Origin: Candidatus Hadarchaeota archaeon | GTDB lineage: Archaea > Hadarchaeota > Hadarchaeia > Hadarchaeales > JAWBSP01 | Direction of reading: 5' to 3' | NCBI GenBank assembly: GCA_964474885.1 | Contig: CAYYWO010000006.1 | Location: 1-58,452 of the forward strand | DNA: 58,452 nucleotides | In this document: piece by piece, positions 1 to 9,954 of the stretch | Numbering within the stretch: position 1 is the stretch's first letter | Layout: every line of letters starts with the position of its first letter | Program-made: the position numbers and the translations under genes | Notes under the pieces: generated by a model | Seen by the model: only the letters and a program-made list of their open reading frames with translations | Databases searched by the model: none | Told to the model about the DNA's origin: nothing

Positions 1-68
1 CTTCAGCCGTCGCTGGGCATGCCCCGTCTTTGAAGCAGGAAGCTTCTTGCGGGAGCGGAGTGATTCAC
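1..68 (+). mobile_element. Possible right end (omega/re-RNA-like) of an IS200/IS605-family element, truncated by the window edge
   Basis: GAAGCAGGAAGCTTC-TT-GC-GGGA-GC-GGAG-TGA-TTCAC: subterminal hairpin ending in TTCAC at 64-68, resembling archaeal IS200/IS605 right ends; no tnpA/tnpB visible in the window. Confidence 0.4.
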
Positions 69-73
69 GAACA

Positions 74-676
74 ATGGTCGAAGCCATACTTTTCGACCTA
101 GACGGCGTTCTAGTAGAGTCCATTGACGTTTGGTTAAAAGCCTTCAACCTAACCCTAAAGGACTACAACCTGCCTCCGATTTCAAAGCGGGCTTTCGTTG
201 AGAAGCACTGGGGGCGGAGCACCGAGGAAAATTTCAAGATGCTCGGATTGGGAAGGGATGCCGTGGAGAAGTGCTGGAAATATTACCTGCAAAATCTGGA
301 TGAAGTAGTCGTCTTCCCCTCAGTCTATCAGATGCTGGAAAAACTAAGAAGAACCTACAAAATAGGGCTTGTGACGAACACACCAAAGGAAGGTGTGAAA
401 AAATTATTGAAGCTCCTGAAGCTCACGCGATATTTTGATTTGATACTAACTGGGGACGACGTGAAAGAGGGTAAACCGTCACCTGAGATCATCTTTCTTG
501 CTTGTGAGAAGCTGGGTGTGAAACCGGAGAAGGTATTGCTAGTGGGAGATACTTGGGTAGATGTCCAGGCGGGTAAATCTGCCGGGTGCAAAGTCATAGG
601 TGTTGGGATTGAAGCGGACTACACCATCGATAACATTAAGCAACTAGAGCACTTGTTAGAGGATATATGTACCTGA
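74..676 (+). CDS. HAD-superfamily phosphatase (Gph/PGP-like)
   Basis: FDLDGVL motif I, VTN motif II, GKPSP and VGDTWVD motifs; ATG at 74 preferred over TTG at 47. Confidence 0.9.
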   Translation: MVEAILFDLDGVLVESIDVWLKAFNLTLKDYNLPPISKRAFVEKHWGRSTEENFKMLGLGRDAVEKCWKYYLQNLDEVVVFPSVYQMLEKLRRTYKIGLVTNTPKEGVKKLLKLLKLTRYFDLILTGDDVKEGKPSPEIIFLACEKLGVKPEKVLLVGDTWVDVQAGKSAGCKVIGVGIEADYTIDNIKQLEHLLEDICT

Positions 677-1299
677 AAACTCAATCGTTTTGGAAGGGTG
701 CGGAGGAAGTGTAGAAAAGTTGAGAGTAAGGGACAGGGGACTTTGGCGACATCGGATAACTAATGCTGGGACGTCTTGGGTTCACGCTTTAAGTCATGTC
801 CTAGGGGACAGATATCGTCTCATGCCTAGAGAACGCTGTTTTTCTTTTGCCTTATCTCGAGTATCACAAGGAAGTTCCCAAACTCAAAGAGCTCGAACGG
901 AAACTTGGGCCTCCTCTATAATAACTCCTTCAAGACACTCTACGAACGTTATTCCGTCTGACGTCCTTGGAGATCTTATCAAAGGGAGCGAAGGTCAAGA
1001 GAATTGTGGAGGTAGCACCTCGGATGAAAGACTGACAAGGGTTGGAATCAAGCTTTAAAAGGAGATGATTTGGTGAATATCGTTCTAACGTCGTATTAAG
1101 GATATATAAGGTTTTCGGTTCCCTTGCTGTTTGTAGTAACCTTTGCTTTGAGATTTGGGAGTTATAACCCAATTTTATGGAAATTGTACATTCAGAAGTC
1201 CTGGGGGTATGGGAAAAGCAAGTGTCCAGCAAGGCGGGGTTTCCGCAGGCAATGACACAGCAAATCCGAATAAGGAACAAATCTTGACATTTGAAAGCT

Positions 1300-2316
1300 T
1301 CAGCGGATTACTATTGGGATATCTCTCCCGCACTTAGGGCAAAAACTGTCAGTCAGATTCATTTTTGTAATGCTGAGTCCTAATCTCTCTATGAGCAGGG
1401 TTCCACATTTGGGGCAATAAGTGTTCTCGTACTTATGACCGGGCACATTTCCGATGTATGCAAAGTTCACACCTTCTCTAACCGCCAGTTCCCGTGCCGT
1501 TTCTAATGTTCTAATTTGTGTCGGAGGAGCTTGGAACATGTAAGCTGGATAATACCGGGTGAAGTGCAGAGGTGTATCAGCACCCGCGGCTTGCAAGTGT
1601 TTTCTTATTAATTCAAGGATTTTTTCCTTGGAGTCGTTGACGTCGGGAACGATGAGGTTAGTTACCTCTACATGTAGGCCAAGCTTTTTCGCTTCTTTTA
1701 TGTTTCTCCAAACAACATCGACATCTGCTTGGCAGTACTCTCTAACTGCCTGCTTGTCTCCCTTTACATCAAAATTTATCGCATCCAATCCTGCTTCTTT
1801 CAGCATCTGTAAGGCCTTCAAAGTCATATAGCCATTTGAAACAAAAGTGTTCTTAAGACCCTTTCTTTTCGCCAGTGGGAAGAGGTCGATCGCATACTCG
1901 AACATAAGTGTGGGTTCATTGAAACTCAGACTCGTACCTTTGCACTTCTCCAGCTCGCACATCTTGACGAATCTTTCAGGACTTATGTAAACTGGATTTT
2001 TGATTTCAGGTTCGGACTTGCTGATCTCCCAGTTTTGGCACCAAGGACATGTGAAGTTACAGGAATAACTTCCGGCAGTCAAAAAGAGCTCTCCGGGAAG
2101 GAAGTGGAAAAAAGGCTTCTTCTCAGCTGGGTTTGCTGAGAGAGAAGAGATGTTGCCATATACTAGTGTATACAGGACTCCCTCTTTGTTGATTCGCGTC
2201 TTGCAGAAACCTGCTTGACCAGGAGGGATCGAACATCTCCGCTCACATAAACCGCATCTTACGTTTTCACCATCTGTTTCTTGCAAAAGTGCCTTTCTTT
2301 TCCAAGGCTCGTTCAC
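1300..2316 (-). CDS. amrS: AmmeMemoRadiSam-type radical SAM enzyme (PflA-like), paralog 1
   Basis: N-terminal CxxCxxxC, NPAEKKPFFHF, CNFTCPWCQN, C-terminal GNVPGH..TYCPKC and CPKC. Confidence 0.85.
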   Translation of the reverse strand: MNEPWKRKALLQETDGENVRCGLCERRCSIPPGQAGFCKTRINKEGVLYTLVYGNISSLSANPAEKKPFFHFLPGELFLTAGSYSCNFTCPWCQNWEISKSEPEIKNPVYISPERFVKMCELEKCKGTSLSFNEPTLMFEYAIDLFPLAKRKGLKNTFVSNGYMTLKALQMLKEAGLDAINFDVKGDKQAVREYCQADVDVVWRNIKEAKKLGLHVEVTNLIVPDVNDSKEKILELIRKHLQAAGADTPLHFTRYYPAYMFQAPPTQIRTLETARELAVREGVNFAYIGNVPGHKYENTYCPKCGTLLIERLGLSITKMNLTDSFCPKCGRDIPIVIR

Positions 2317-2318
2317 GG

Positions 2319-5300
2319 TTAGTTAGTTTGCTTGATGAGCAGGAGTTCCTTGTATAAACGCTCGATAGCTGGCTGGTAATTCACTTCACCTTGCTCGATT
2401 TGATCCATAAGTTGCTGTAGGTTCTTAGTTGCATCCTCTGAGATGTAAGGATCGAACTTCTCCTTCAGATATTCGAAGACTTTTTGACCCAAAGAAGTGC
2501 TCAATATTTTGTTCTTCTTGTAGAAAACGTATCCTCTTTCGGAAAGGGTCGCAATGATCCGTGCGTAAGTGCTGGGTCTACCAATACCTTTTACCTTCAT
2601 GAGCCCCACTAAGTCACCCTCCGTGAAGAGAGGTGCGAGAGGTAATCTAGCGATAGTAGCTTCGACTGCATAGGTTCCATCAGCTACTCTATTCCTAACC
2701 CTGATGGGCAAGATTCTATCGAAACCACTGGATGTTATCTCCACTGGTTGTTCTACTGAGGTTTCGCTACCGTTGACAGTTACTCTTATTTTTTGGTACA
2801 TCACTTCAGTCTCCTTCATCTGACTGGCAATGAACCTTCTGAAGATGAGGTCGTACAATCTAAAGTGATCGCTGGTCAACTTAACGGCGAACCTTAAGAG
2901 CCCCACTCTAAGTAGATGTCTTAGTCTAGTCACGTCAAGAGGCCTTGTAGGTCGGATGCACTCGTGGGCTCCTTTCTGAGTGTAACGCCGAGGAACAAAC
3001 ATCTCGGCCGGAAAGTGAGCAGTTATGTAATCTTTAGCCAGCTCGACACCAACGGTGGAAACCGAAGTAGAGTCTGTCCTATGATACGTGCATAGTCCAG
3101 CTTCAAAAAGATCTTGAGCGAGCCTCATAGCTTGAGAGGTCGAAAATCCTAGCTTACTTGAGGCGTCTTTCAGCAAAGCATCAGTAGTATAGGGGGGAGG
3201 AGGATTGATTTTTCTAGTCTGAAACTCTATAGTTTCAACTTTGGCGTTTACTTCCTTCGCACCAGAACTTATTTTTGGATTTTCGAGAATAACCTGCAGG
3301 CCATTCGGTAATGTAAGCTTCAGAAGTTTTCTCTTTCTTCTTGAAAGTCTAGTTCTCTCGATTACCCAGCCCAGAACTGGAGTCTGGACCCTGCCAGCCG
3401 AAAGTCTACGGCTCTCAAATTTTTTCCATAACTTCTGACTGAGTTCAAAGCCGATCCATCTGTCCTCTATTCTTCTGAATATTTGCGCTTCAACTAACTT
3501 CAAGTTGATCTCCCTCATATTTTGCAATGCTCTGAGAAAGGCCCTTTTCGTTATCTCATGAAGCTCTATTCGCCTTATATTTGAATTAAGCGGATACAGG
3601 GAGCAGTAGAGGTCATAGGCAATTTTTTCACCTTCAGCATCAGGATCGGTGGCTATTAGTATGAGATTAACCTCTAGTGCGAGTTGCTGGAGTGCGGAGA
3701 CTATCCTTTCTTTGCTGAAGTATTCCGTGCTCCCACACTTTGGGCAAGCTTCTGAGTCAGTAAACTGTTCCTTACATTGCTTACAGGTCTTAATAAAGTC
3801 ATAAATTGGAATAAAGCCCTGTTCAGTTTTTTGTACACCATAGATTCCCTCATTCGTTACTAGATCATAGAGATGGCCCATGGAAGGAACAATGTTCAAC
3901 AAAAATGGGCCCGTGCTTACCTCTAGTATTGTTACATCTCCCAAAATCCTTTTCTGCGGCCTGCCAAAGAATCTTGCAATTGTTCTTGCCTTTGTAGGGG
4001 ACTCTACTATCAGCAAAGCTGACTTGATATAGTCTTGAATGTCCGCTATGAGTTCTCCTCGACGTATCCTTCGGATCAGCTCCCGGTCCTGGTCTACTAG
4101 TTTCAGCCACTCCCTAACTTTTTCTTCATTGTACTCCTCCCATTCCTCTTCACCAGATATCTGTTTTAAACGTCTGATGAGGGATCTAAATGCTTTCTCA
4201 TCATCCACCAGCAAGATACTAGCACCCCTCGAAATACCTCCAGCAAACATTCTAGATGCCCTTCCAGATCCCTGCAAGTAAGCAACAGGATCGGGCACTA
4301 TTAGATAAAGTTCCCCTCCCTCAGATCTTCCAATCGAGATGTCTGGACTCTCCTGAAGTTTTGTGATCAGCTCGGGAGTTAGCACTTCTTGCAGAAAATC
4401 AATAGCCGACTTGATGACTCTTTTTACATGGGCGGCAAAACCTTCCAGCTCTGAATCCTCCTGAATAGCCTGTCGGACTTGGTTCATGAGCTCTTCGTTG
4501 AGGGGGGAGATCTTCTTCAGCTGCATGCTCAGTATCTCGGCTCTTTCTCTGTATTTGTTTTGGAGGAAGTCCCGCAGATGATTTAGGATTGTCAAGAGTT
4601 TGATTGGGTTGCATTCTTCTAGTGTAAGAGAGATTTCTATCCGGGGCACTCCTGTGAAGACAACATAACGAACCGTTTCAGGCAAATCTATGCCTCTCGC
4701 CAGAGGATTGCGGAAGGTAGCAATTCCGATTAGTACATCTAATTCTTTTTGTTCAAACTTTGAGAGGATTTTCCTGCTAGGTTTTTTGTAGATTTCCGAC
4801 TTGATGCCATTTCGTAGCAAGTACCTATGGAGTTCCTCCGCTTCGTCTTTTCCAAATTTTTGGGGCACGAAGAGCAAACACCCTGGTCCAAATTTTTGAA
4901 GCAATTGTAGAACAAATTCTTTTACTTCACCTTTGGTGCAGAGGTAGAAGTCTTTTATATTACGTAAGAATTCCGGTTTGAATCCCATCTCAAAGTCGAG
5001 TAAAATCTCAAAGAGGCGTATTCTTTTAGTCCGCCTAGCTTTCATTGTAGCACCCGATACAACAAGCAGACCAACATTGTTGTTTCTCTTGAATTCTCTG
5101 ATTTTCCTCTCTAGCTCATCGACTCTTTCTTTTTCTCTTTTCCTTCTTGACTCGAGGAGATCGAAAGCTGAATCAATTATTTCAGGGGAAAAGCCAAGAA
5201 GGAGCAGTATCTTGTCCACGTTCCTAGATGATCTGAGGAAGGAGTCTATGTCATCAACAAAGATAAAATCAAAGGTGAGACCCCGCAAAAGTTCGAAGTT

Positions 5301-5873
5301 TGAGACGATGAAACGATCAGTTGTAACAAGGATTTCAAAATTCCTATCTCGAATCTTTTGAATCGCATCCTTTTTCTCCTTCTGGGTCATCCCTCCGTGG
5401 TACGAAACTATTCTCACATTCAGGCCGAGTTTTTTGCTGAAGGCAACAATTCTATCTGTTATTTGTTGAGCTAGCAAACTTGTTGGAACCAAAATATAAC
5501 TTCGTTTGCCGTTTTTCGCGTAAAACAAAGAAAAGACTTGACCCAGAACCGTTTTACCAACGCCAGTCGGGGCAATTATGGGGAAGCTCCTTCCTAGTAG
5601 AATTCTACGGGCCCAAGTTTCTTGGAGAGACCACATACGCTGACCAACTGCAGATTTGAAAAATTGTGAAAAATCTGAAAGTAGTACATGAAAGCTGAGT
5701 ACTTGTTTGGCAACCGGCTTGAGTTTTCCTTGAGGCTCAAGTTCACGGAGAACCTTTAGAATATCCTCTTTCCCCCCTTGCCAACAATTTTCGCAGATGC
5801 CGAGTGATTTGAGTCTCTCATCCGCAATGGGACCTCTGCAGTTTAAGCATAGGCACTTGTACAGAGCTCTCAT
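2319..5873 (-). CDS. rgy: Reverse gyrase
   Basis: N-terminal Zn finger, APTGVGKT, DDID, RGIDLP, QGSGRASR helicase motifs fused to type IA topoisomerase (VESPTKA, DPDAEGE, SAGRVQTP, catalytic TYHRTD, GIGRPSTY); ATG at 5873 chosen. Confidence 0.98.
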   Translation of the reverse strand: MRALYKCLCLNCRGPIADERLKSLGICENCWQGGKEDILKVLRELEPQGKLKPVAKQVLSFHVLLSDFSQFFKSAVGQRMWSLQETWARRILLGRSFPIIAPTGVGKTVLGQVFSLFYAKNGKRSYILVPTSLLAQQITDRIVAFSKKLGLNVRIVSYHGGMTQKEKKDAIQKIRDRNFEILVTTDRFIVSNFELLRGLTFDFIFVDDIDSFLRSSRNVDKILLLLGFSPEIIDSAFDLLESRRKREKERVDELERKIREFKRNNNVGLLVVSGATMKARRTKRIRLFEILLDFEMGFKPEFLRNIKDFYLCTKGEVKEFVLQLLQKFGPGCLLFVPQKFGKDEAEELHRYLLRNGIKSEIYKKPSRKILSKFEQKELDVLIGIATFRNPLARGIDLPETVRYVVFTGVPRIEISLTLEECNPIKLLTILNHLRDFLQNKYRERAEILSMQLKKISPLNEELMNQVRQAIQEDSELEGFAAHVKRVIKSAIDFLQEVLTPELITKLQESPDISIGRSEGGELYLIVPDPVAYLQGSGRASRMFAGGISRGASILLVDDEKAFRSLIRRLKQISGEEEWEEYNEEKVREWLKLVDQDRELIRRIRRGELIADIQDYIKSALLIVESPTKARTIARFFGRPQKRILGDVTILEVSTGPFLLNIVPSMGHLYDLVTNEGIYGVQKTEQGFIPIYDFIKTCKQCKEQFTDSEACPKCGSTEYFSKERIVSALQQLALEVNLILIATDPDAEGEKIAYDLYCSLYPLNSNIRRIELHEITKRAFLRALQNMREINLKLVEAQIFRRIEDRWIGFELSQKLWKKFESRRLSAGRVQTPVLGWVIERTRLSRRKRKLLKLTLPNGLQVILENPKISSGAKEVNAKVETIEFQTRKINPPPPYTTDALLKDASSKLGFSTSQAMRLAQDLFEAGLCTYHRTDSTSVSTVGVELAKDYITAHFPAEMFVPRRYTQKGAHECIRPTRPLDVTRLRHLLRVGLLRFAVKLTSDHFRLYDLIFRRFIASQMKETEVMYQKIRVTVNGSETSVEQPVEITSSGFDRILPIRVRNRVADGTYAVEATIARLPLAPLFTEGDLVGLMKVKGIGRPSTYARIIATLSERGYVFYKKNKILSTSLGQKVFEYLKEKFDPYISEDATKNLQQLMDQIEQGEVNYQPAIERLYKELLLIKQTN

Positions 5874-5904
5874 AAAATGATTGAGCACAAATCACATTTT
5901 AAAG

Positions 5905-6411
5905 ATGGTTGAAGCACTAACACTTCTATTGCTTCTTGTCCCACCCACCGTTTTCACCCTGTCTTTACTTTTAACACATTTCTGGGGTGCGATATGGTCT
6001 CCTACACCAAAGAAGGAAATCAGAGAAATGCTGAGACTGGTTGAGCTCAAAAGCGGAGAGATACTCTATGATTTAGGGTGCGGGGATGGTAGAATCGCGC
6101 TCGTCGCAACTCGTGAATTTGGTGCAAAAGCAATTGGTGTCGAGATAAATCCCTTCCTCTGGCTGATAGCAAAAGCACGTTCTCTCCGTACTCGGGGGGT
6201 AGAGATTAGATACGGTAACTTTTATCGTCAAAATTTGACAGATGCAGATGTAATAGCCTTGTACCTCTCGCCCAAGGCAAATCAGAAACTGGCCGAGATT
6301 ATAAGAAGGTTACCTAAACCTATCAGGGTGGTTTCTTATCGATGGGAAATGCCCTTTGAAGTATGGCGAAGACGAGGGCCGGTTTATGCCTATAAACTCA
6401 GAGGGACCTAA
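5905..6411 (+). CDS. Class I SAM methyltransferase, aKMT/FAM173-like protein-lysine methyltransferase with N-terminal hydrophobic helix
   Basis: WSPTP..LYDLGCGDGRI..GVEINP..YL..VVS pattern; hydrophobic N-terminus. Confidence 0.75.
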   Translation: MVEALTLLLLLVPPTVFTLSLLLTHFWGAIWSPTPKKEIREMLRLVELKSGEILYDLGCGDGRIALVATREFGAKAIGVEINPFLWLIAKARSLRTRGVEIRYGNFYRQNLTDADVIALYLSPKANQKLAEIIRRLPKPIRVVSYRWEMPFEVWRRRGPVYAYKLRGT

Positions 6412-7069
6412 CGACCCGGGGGAGTTCTGATAGTGAGAAAATGGAGATATCTGCTTCGTCGTTTTCCTTCCCTACTAGGATGGCCTTCATGCCAACCTTT
6501 TTCGGCCCTCTAACGTCTTCTTCTATAAGGTCTCCCACATGAACAACCTCCTCTGGAGGTAGGCTCAGTTTGTTCAAGGCCGCCTGAAAAATTTTCGGAT
6601 GGGGTTTTCTGTATCCTACCTCGCCTGAATAGATTTGAACCGGGAAGAAAGATGAAAGCCCATATTTTTCGAGGAAGAATTTAGAGGAGAGGCTCATCGT
6701 GTTTGAGATTATGCCAAGCCTATATTCCTTGGACAACGCTTCTAATACTTCTGAACAGCGAGGAACCGGTTCCTGCTCAAACCACTTCATATAGATTTTT
6801 GCCATTTCATCCAGTAAGTCGTCAGTAGGAGTAACACCAAGTCTTAGCAAAATGTGGCATCGAAAATCTCTGAAGTCCATTTCGAGGTCCTGTGACCTGA
6901 TTTTGTTCAAACTATTGAGAGCGGAATTGATGGCTTTCTTGAGTTCTTTGATGGAGATTTTAATTCCCCTACTTGATAGTAAGTCGAATAGCTCCTTTTG
7001 ATATGCCCTTTTATTTAAGCCACCTGTTGCCAATGTACCGCCCACATCGAACGTTATCGCTTTTACCAT
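6398..7069 (-). CDS. HAD-family hydrolase (subfamily IA)
   Basis: FDVGGTL, ISN, RKPHPKIF, HVGD motifs; ATG at 7069 preceded by GAGGTAGG. Confidence 0.9.
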   Translation of the reverse strand: MVKAITFDVGGTLATGGLNKRAYQKELFDLLSSRGIKISIKELKKAINSALNSLNKIRSQDLEMDFRDFRCHILLRLGVTPTDDLLDEMAKIYMKWFEQEPVPRCSEVLEALSKEYRLGIISNTMSLSSKFFLEKYGLSSFFPVQIYSGEVGYRKPHPKIFQAALNKLSLPPEEVVHVGDLIEEDVRGPKKVGMKAILVGKENDEADISIFSLSELPRVVRSL

Positions 7070-7375
7070 TCCTACCTCGTTAAGTCTCTCAACTGCTCTA
7101 AAGCCTCTTTCTCCTGCAGGGGTAAACATGCCTCTTTCAGCTTCATTGCTGCAAGAGCGAAGAGCGGTTTTAACACTGGGAGTCCTTACTTTGGACTACT
7201 TAGAAAAGACGCTGTTTTGTGGATCAAAGAGTCGTTCAAGACTGTTCTCAGGAGGAGCTTATAACCAGACCTAAGGATGAAGCCTGAAAATACTGAGTTC
7301 CAAGAGGAACAGGATCGCTTGGAAAACTGTTTCTCTGGACTGGAATGGCATTTAAGAAGTAGCCAAAGAACAATA

Positions 7376-8017
7376 ATGAAGCTGACGATTGTTTACGACA
7401 ACACTTCTTTACGTCCGGATCTAACACCAGATTGGGGGTTTGCATGCATGATTGAGAAGCCAGATTCACCACTTCTGCTCTTTGATACAGGTGCTGATGG
7501 AAGAATTCTTCTTGGGAACATAAGAAAACTCGGTTTTGATCCAGCCAAAGTAGAGGACATATTTATTTCTCACGATCACTGGGATCACACGGGTGGGTTG
7601 AACACAATGTTGGAGCTAAATCCTAACGTCAGAATTTGGGCTCCGCCTTCGCTGACCTTAGACAAAGAAAACATCCGCAGAGTGGAAGAACCTGCTGAAC
7701 TGTTCCCTGGCTTTTACTCCACAGGGGAGCTTGAGGGGATTGAACAGTCTCTCGTTGTTAAGACAGATCTCGGTCTAGTTCTCGTGGTAGGATGTTCTCA
7801 TCCACCCATGCGAAAAATAATGCAGAGAGCAGCCGAGTTTGGCAAGCTTTACGGCATCATCGGAGGTATGCATGGTTTCTCGGACTACGAATGTTTTAAG
7901 GATCTAAGCCTTATCTGTCCAGTTCACTGTACCCAGCATAAACGGGAGATAAAACAGCGCTATCCTGATAGATACATTGAGGGTGGAGCCGGTAAAGTCA
8001 TTGAGATTCCCGGCTAA
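7376..8017 (+). CDS. MBL-fold metallohydrolase (COG1237-like)
   Basis: MKLTIVYDN, LFDTG, SHDHWDHTGG, GCSH, GGMH, HCT. Confidence 0.88.
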   Translation: MKLTIVYDNTSLRPDLTPDWGFACMIEKPDSPLLLFDTGADGRILLGNIRKLGFDPAKVEDIFISHDHWDHTGGLNTMLELNPNVRIWAPPSLTLDKENIRRVEEPAELFPGFYSTGELEGIEQSLVVKTDLGLVLVVGCSHPPMRKIMQRAAEFGKLYGIIGGMHGFSDYECFKDLSLICPVHCTQHKREIKQRYPDRYIEGGAGKVIEIPG

Positions 8018-8544
8018 CCGCTAAAAGCTGTTAGAAAGTTCTTGTAGGCCTCACTCCCGTACAGGCAGATTGTAACTTTTTGAAGTTTTGTCTCCTTGCT
8101 GAAAGCCTCCAGAACTTCCCTCATTATTTTCGCACACTTGTCCATCGGGAATCCATAAACCCCTGTAGAGATAGCAGGAAGAGCAATTGTTTTGAGCCCG
8201 AGTTCCTCTGCCTTTCTAAGTGAGTTCTCTACCGCTTCCGCCAATTTTTCTTCTGGGTCTCTCCCATAGACAGGTCCAACTGCGTGAATTATGTACTTTG
8301 CTTTGAGTCTTCCGGCCCCCGTTACCGCAACTCCTCCAGTTGGTACAGGACCATGCTTTTTAACGTATTCGTCACTTTCTTGTTGGATCTCCACTCCGCC
8401 TTTTCTGACTATAGCGGCAGCTACTCCTCCCCCGTGCTTTAAATAGCTGTTTGCAGCGTTTACTATAGCATCCCTTTCTAGTTCGGTTATGTCTCCCTCA
8501 ATTACTTCAACTGTCAGCTGTCCAAATTTGAATTCTTTTCCCAT
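8014..8544 (-). CDS. Macro domain (ADP-ribose-binding) protein
   Basis: GDIT, DAIVNAAN, GGGVAAAI, IIHAVGP, PAISTGVYGFP. Confidence 0.95.
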   Translation of the reverse strand: MGKEFKFGQLTVEVIEGDITELERDAIVNAANSYLKHGGGVAAAIVRKGGVEIQQESDEYVKKHGPVPTGGVAVTGAGRLKAKYIIHAVGPVYGRDPEEKLAEAVENSLRKAEELGLKTIALPAISTGVYGFPMDKCAKIMREVLEAFSKETKLQKVTICLYGSEAYKNFLTAFSG

Positions 8545-8589
8545 CGAAATAAATTGGTTCAACACTAAAAGTTTCTCGGTTATTATTGG

Positions 8590-9954
8590 ATGGGGCTGAG
8601 GATCTGTATTAACTCACAAACACCGCTCGTTAGGTTCAAGTTGCAGCAATCAGAGTTGCTTGATAAGTACGGGGAATTGCCAGATCCGGTTCCCTTAGAA
8701 GCTTTAGAAGAAGGGGAGGATTATGAGTTTACACCAGGAGGCGTGCCGAAGATCCTTTATCCCATGATAAAGCGCATGACTGAAGAGAAGTTCATAAGCC
8801 AGGCAGACTGGGTCTCGCTGAATCCTACAGGTCCTGAACGTATGGTCACGGGCAACATAATGCTTCATCACGTTTCGATGGATCCATCAGATCTTAAGGC
8901 CTACACGAGGATGAAGGAGAGATTGTGGCAGGAAGTACACAACTTGAACAGGGTTCAAGTGGGTCCTACCGAATATCTTGCTTACGCTAAATACAATTGG
9001 TTCTGCGCCACCAAGATGCTTGAACTTTCACCCATTGATGTCTTTTACATCCACGATTTCCAACAGTTGCTGACTGGAAGTATGATAGGTTTGGCAGGTC
9101 CAACGGTGCTGAGGTGGCACATACCTTTGGTTTTAGACTGGGTGGATCCATATATAAGACACTTTCTTGTCAGATGTCTTGAGACATTTGACGCTATTGT
9201 TGTGAGTTGCCGGAGGGACCTTGAGGGCTTAATTAGAGCTGGGTACCACGGACATGCATATCAAGTCTATCCACCCGTCGATGATCGGAAGTGGAAACAA
9301 CCTCCTTCTTCAAAAGTGGAGGAATTTTGTTTCCGGTTTGGCATTCGTGACGATGATTTGGTAGTGTTGAACGTTGGCAGGATGGATCCGATGAAGGGTC
9401 AGGATGTGCTTGTGAGAGCAGCTCCACATGTCGTTAGGAGATTCCCAAAGGTGAAATTCGTGTTTGTTGGTGATGGTAGCTTCACGAGCTCCGCTAGGGG
9501 AGGCCTATCCCACCCCAAGGCGACCCTCTGGCGACAGAAACTCCAAGAGCTGGCAAGAGAGCTAAACATACAGGATAACATAAAGTTTACTGGTTATTTG
9601 CAAGACGAGGACTTGATGGCCGCCTACTCTAGGGCTGACGTGTGCGTTCTATCTTCCAGGATAGAAGGTTTTGGTTTAGTTGTCTCAGAGGCTTGGTTAT
9701 ACAAGAAGCCAGTTGTGGTTAGTAGCGGGGCAGGAGCCGCTGAGCTAATAATAGATGGTGTGAACGGTTACATCTTCAGGTCTGGGAACTCAAGTGATTT
9801 GGCTGAAAAGTTGGAAAAAATCCTAGCTAACTCCGAGTTGGCAATTAAGTTGGGTCAGAGGGGTTGCGAGACCGTCCGTGGCCAGCGTATGGAGGAAGTT
9901 TGTACAAAAATCAAGGAGATATTGACCCAAGCGGTCGAGGGATTCAAGCACTAG
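8590..9954 (+). CDS. GT4 glycosyltransferase associated with trehalose metabolism (candidate non-canonical trehalose-6-phosphate synthase)
   Basis: INSQTP, PGGV, HDFQQ, WHIP, GRMDPMKGQD, EGFGLVVSE; next to treT/otsB/mscS. Confidence 0.8.
   Translation: MGLRICINSQTPLVRFKLQQSELLDKYGELPDPVPLEALEEGEDYEFTPGGVPKILYPMIKRMTEEKFISQADWVSLNPTGPERMVTGNIMLHHVSMDPSDLKAYTRMKERLWQEVHNLNRVQVGPTEYLAYAKYNWFCATKMLELSPIDVFYIHDFQQLLTGSMIGLAGPTVLRWHIPLVLDWVDPYIRHFLVRCLETFDAIVVSCRRDLEGLIRAGYHGHAYQVYPPVDDRKWKQPPSSKVEEFCFRFGIRDDDLVVLNVGRMDPMKGQDVLVRAAPHVVRRFPKVKFVFVGDGSFTSSARGGLSHPKATLWRQKLQELARELNIQDNIKFTGYLQDEDLMAAYSRADVCVLSSRIEGFGLVVSEAWLYKKPVVVSSGAGAAELIIDGVNGYIFRSGNSSDLAEKLEKILANSELAIKLGQRGCETVRGQRMEEVCTKIKEILTQAVEGFKH

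Noticed and set aside
5902-5918. ATGGTTGAAGC resembles the putative TnpB guide flank at 74-84 (ATGGTCGAAGC)
   Set aside because: Short match explained by both genes starting MVEA; the proximal bases differ
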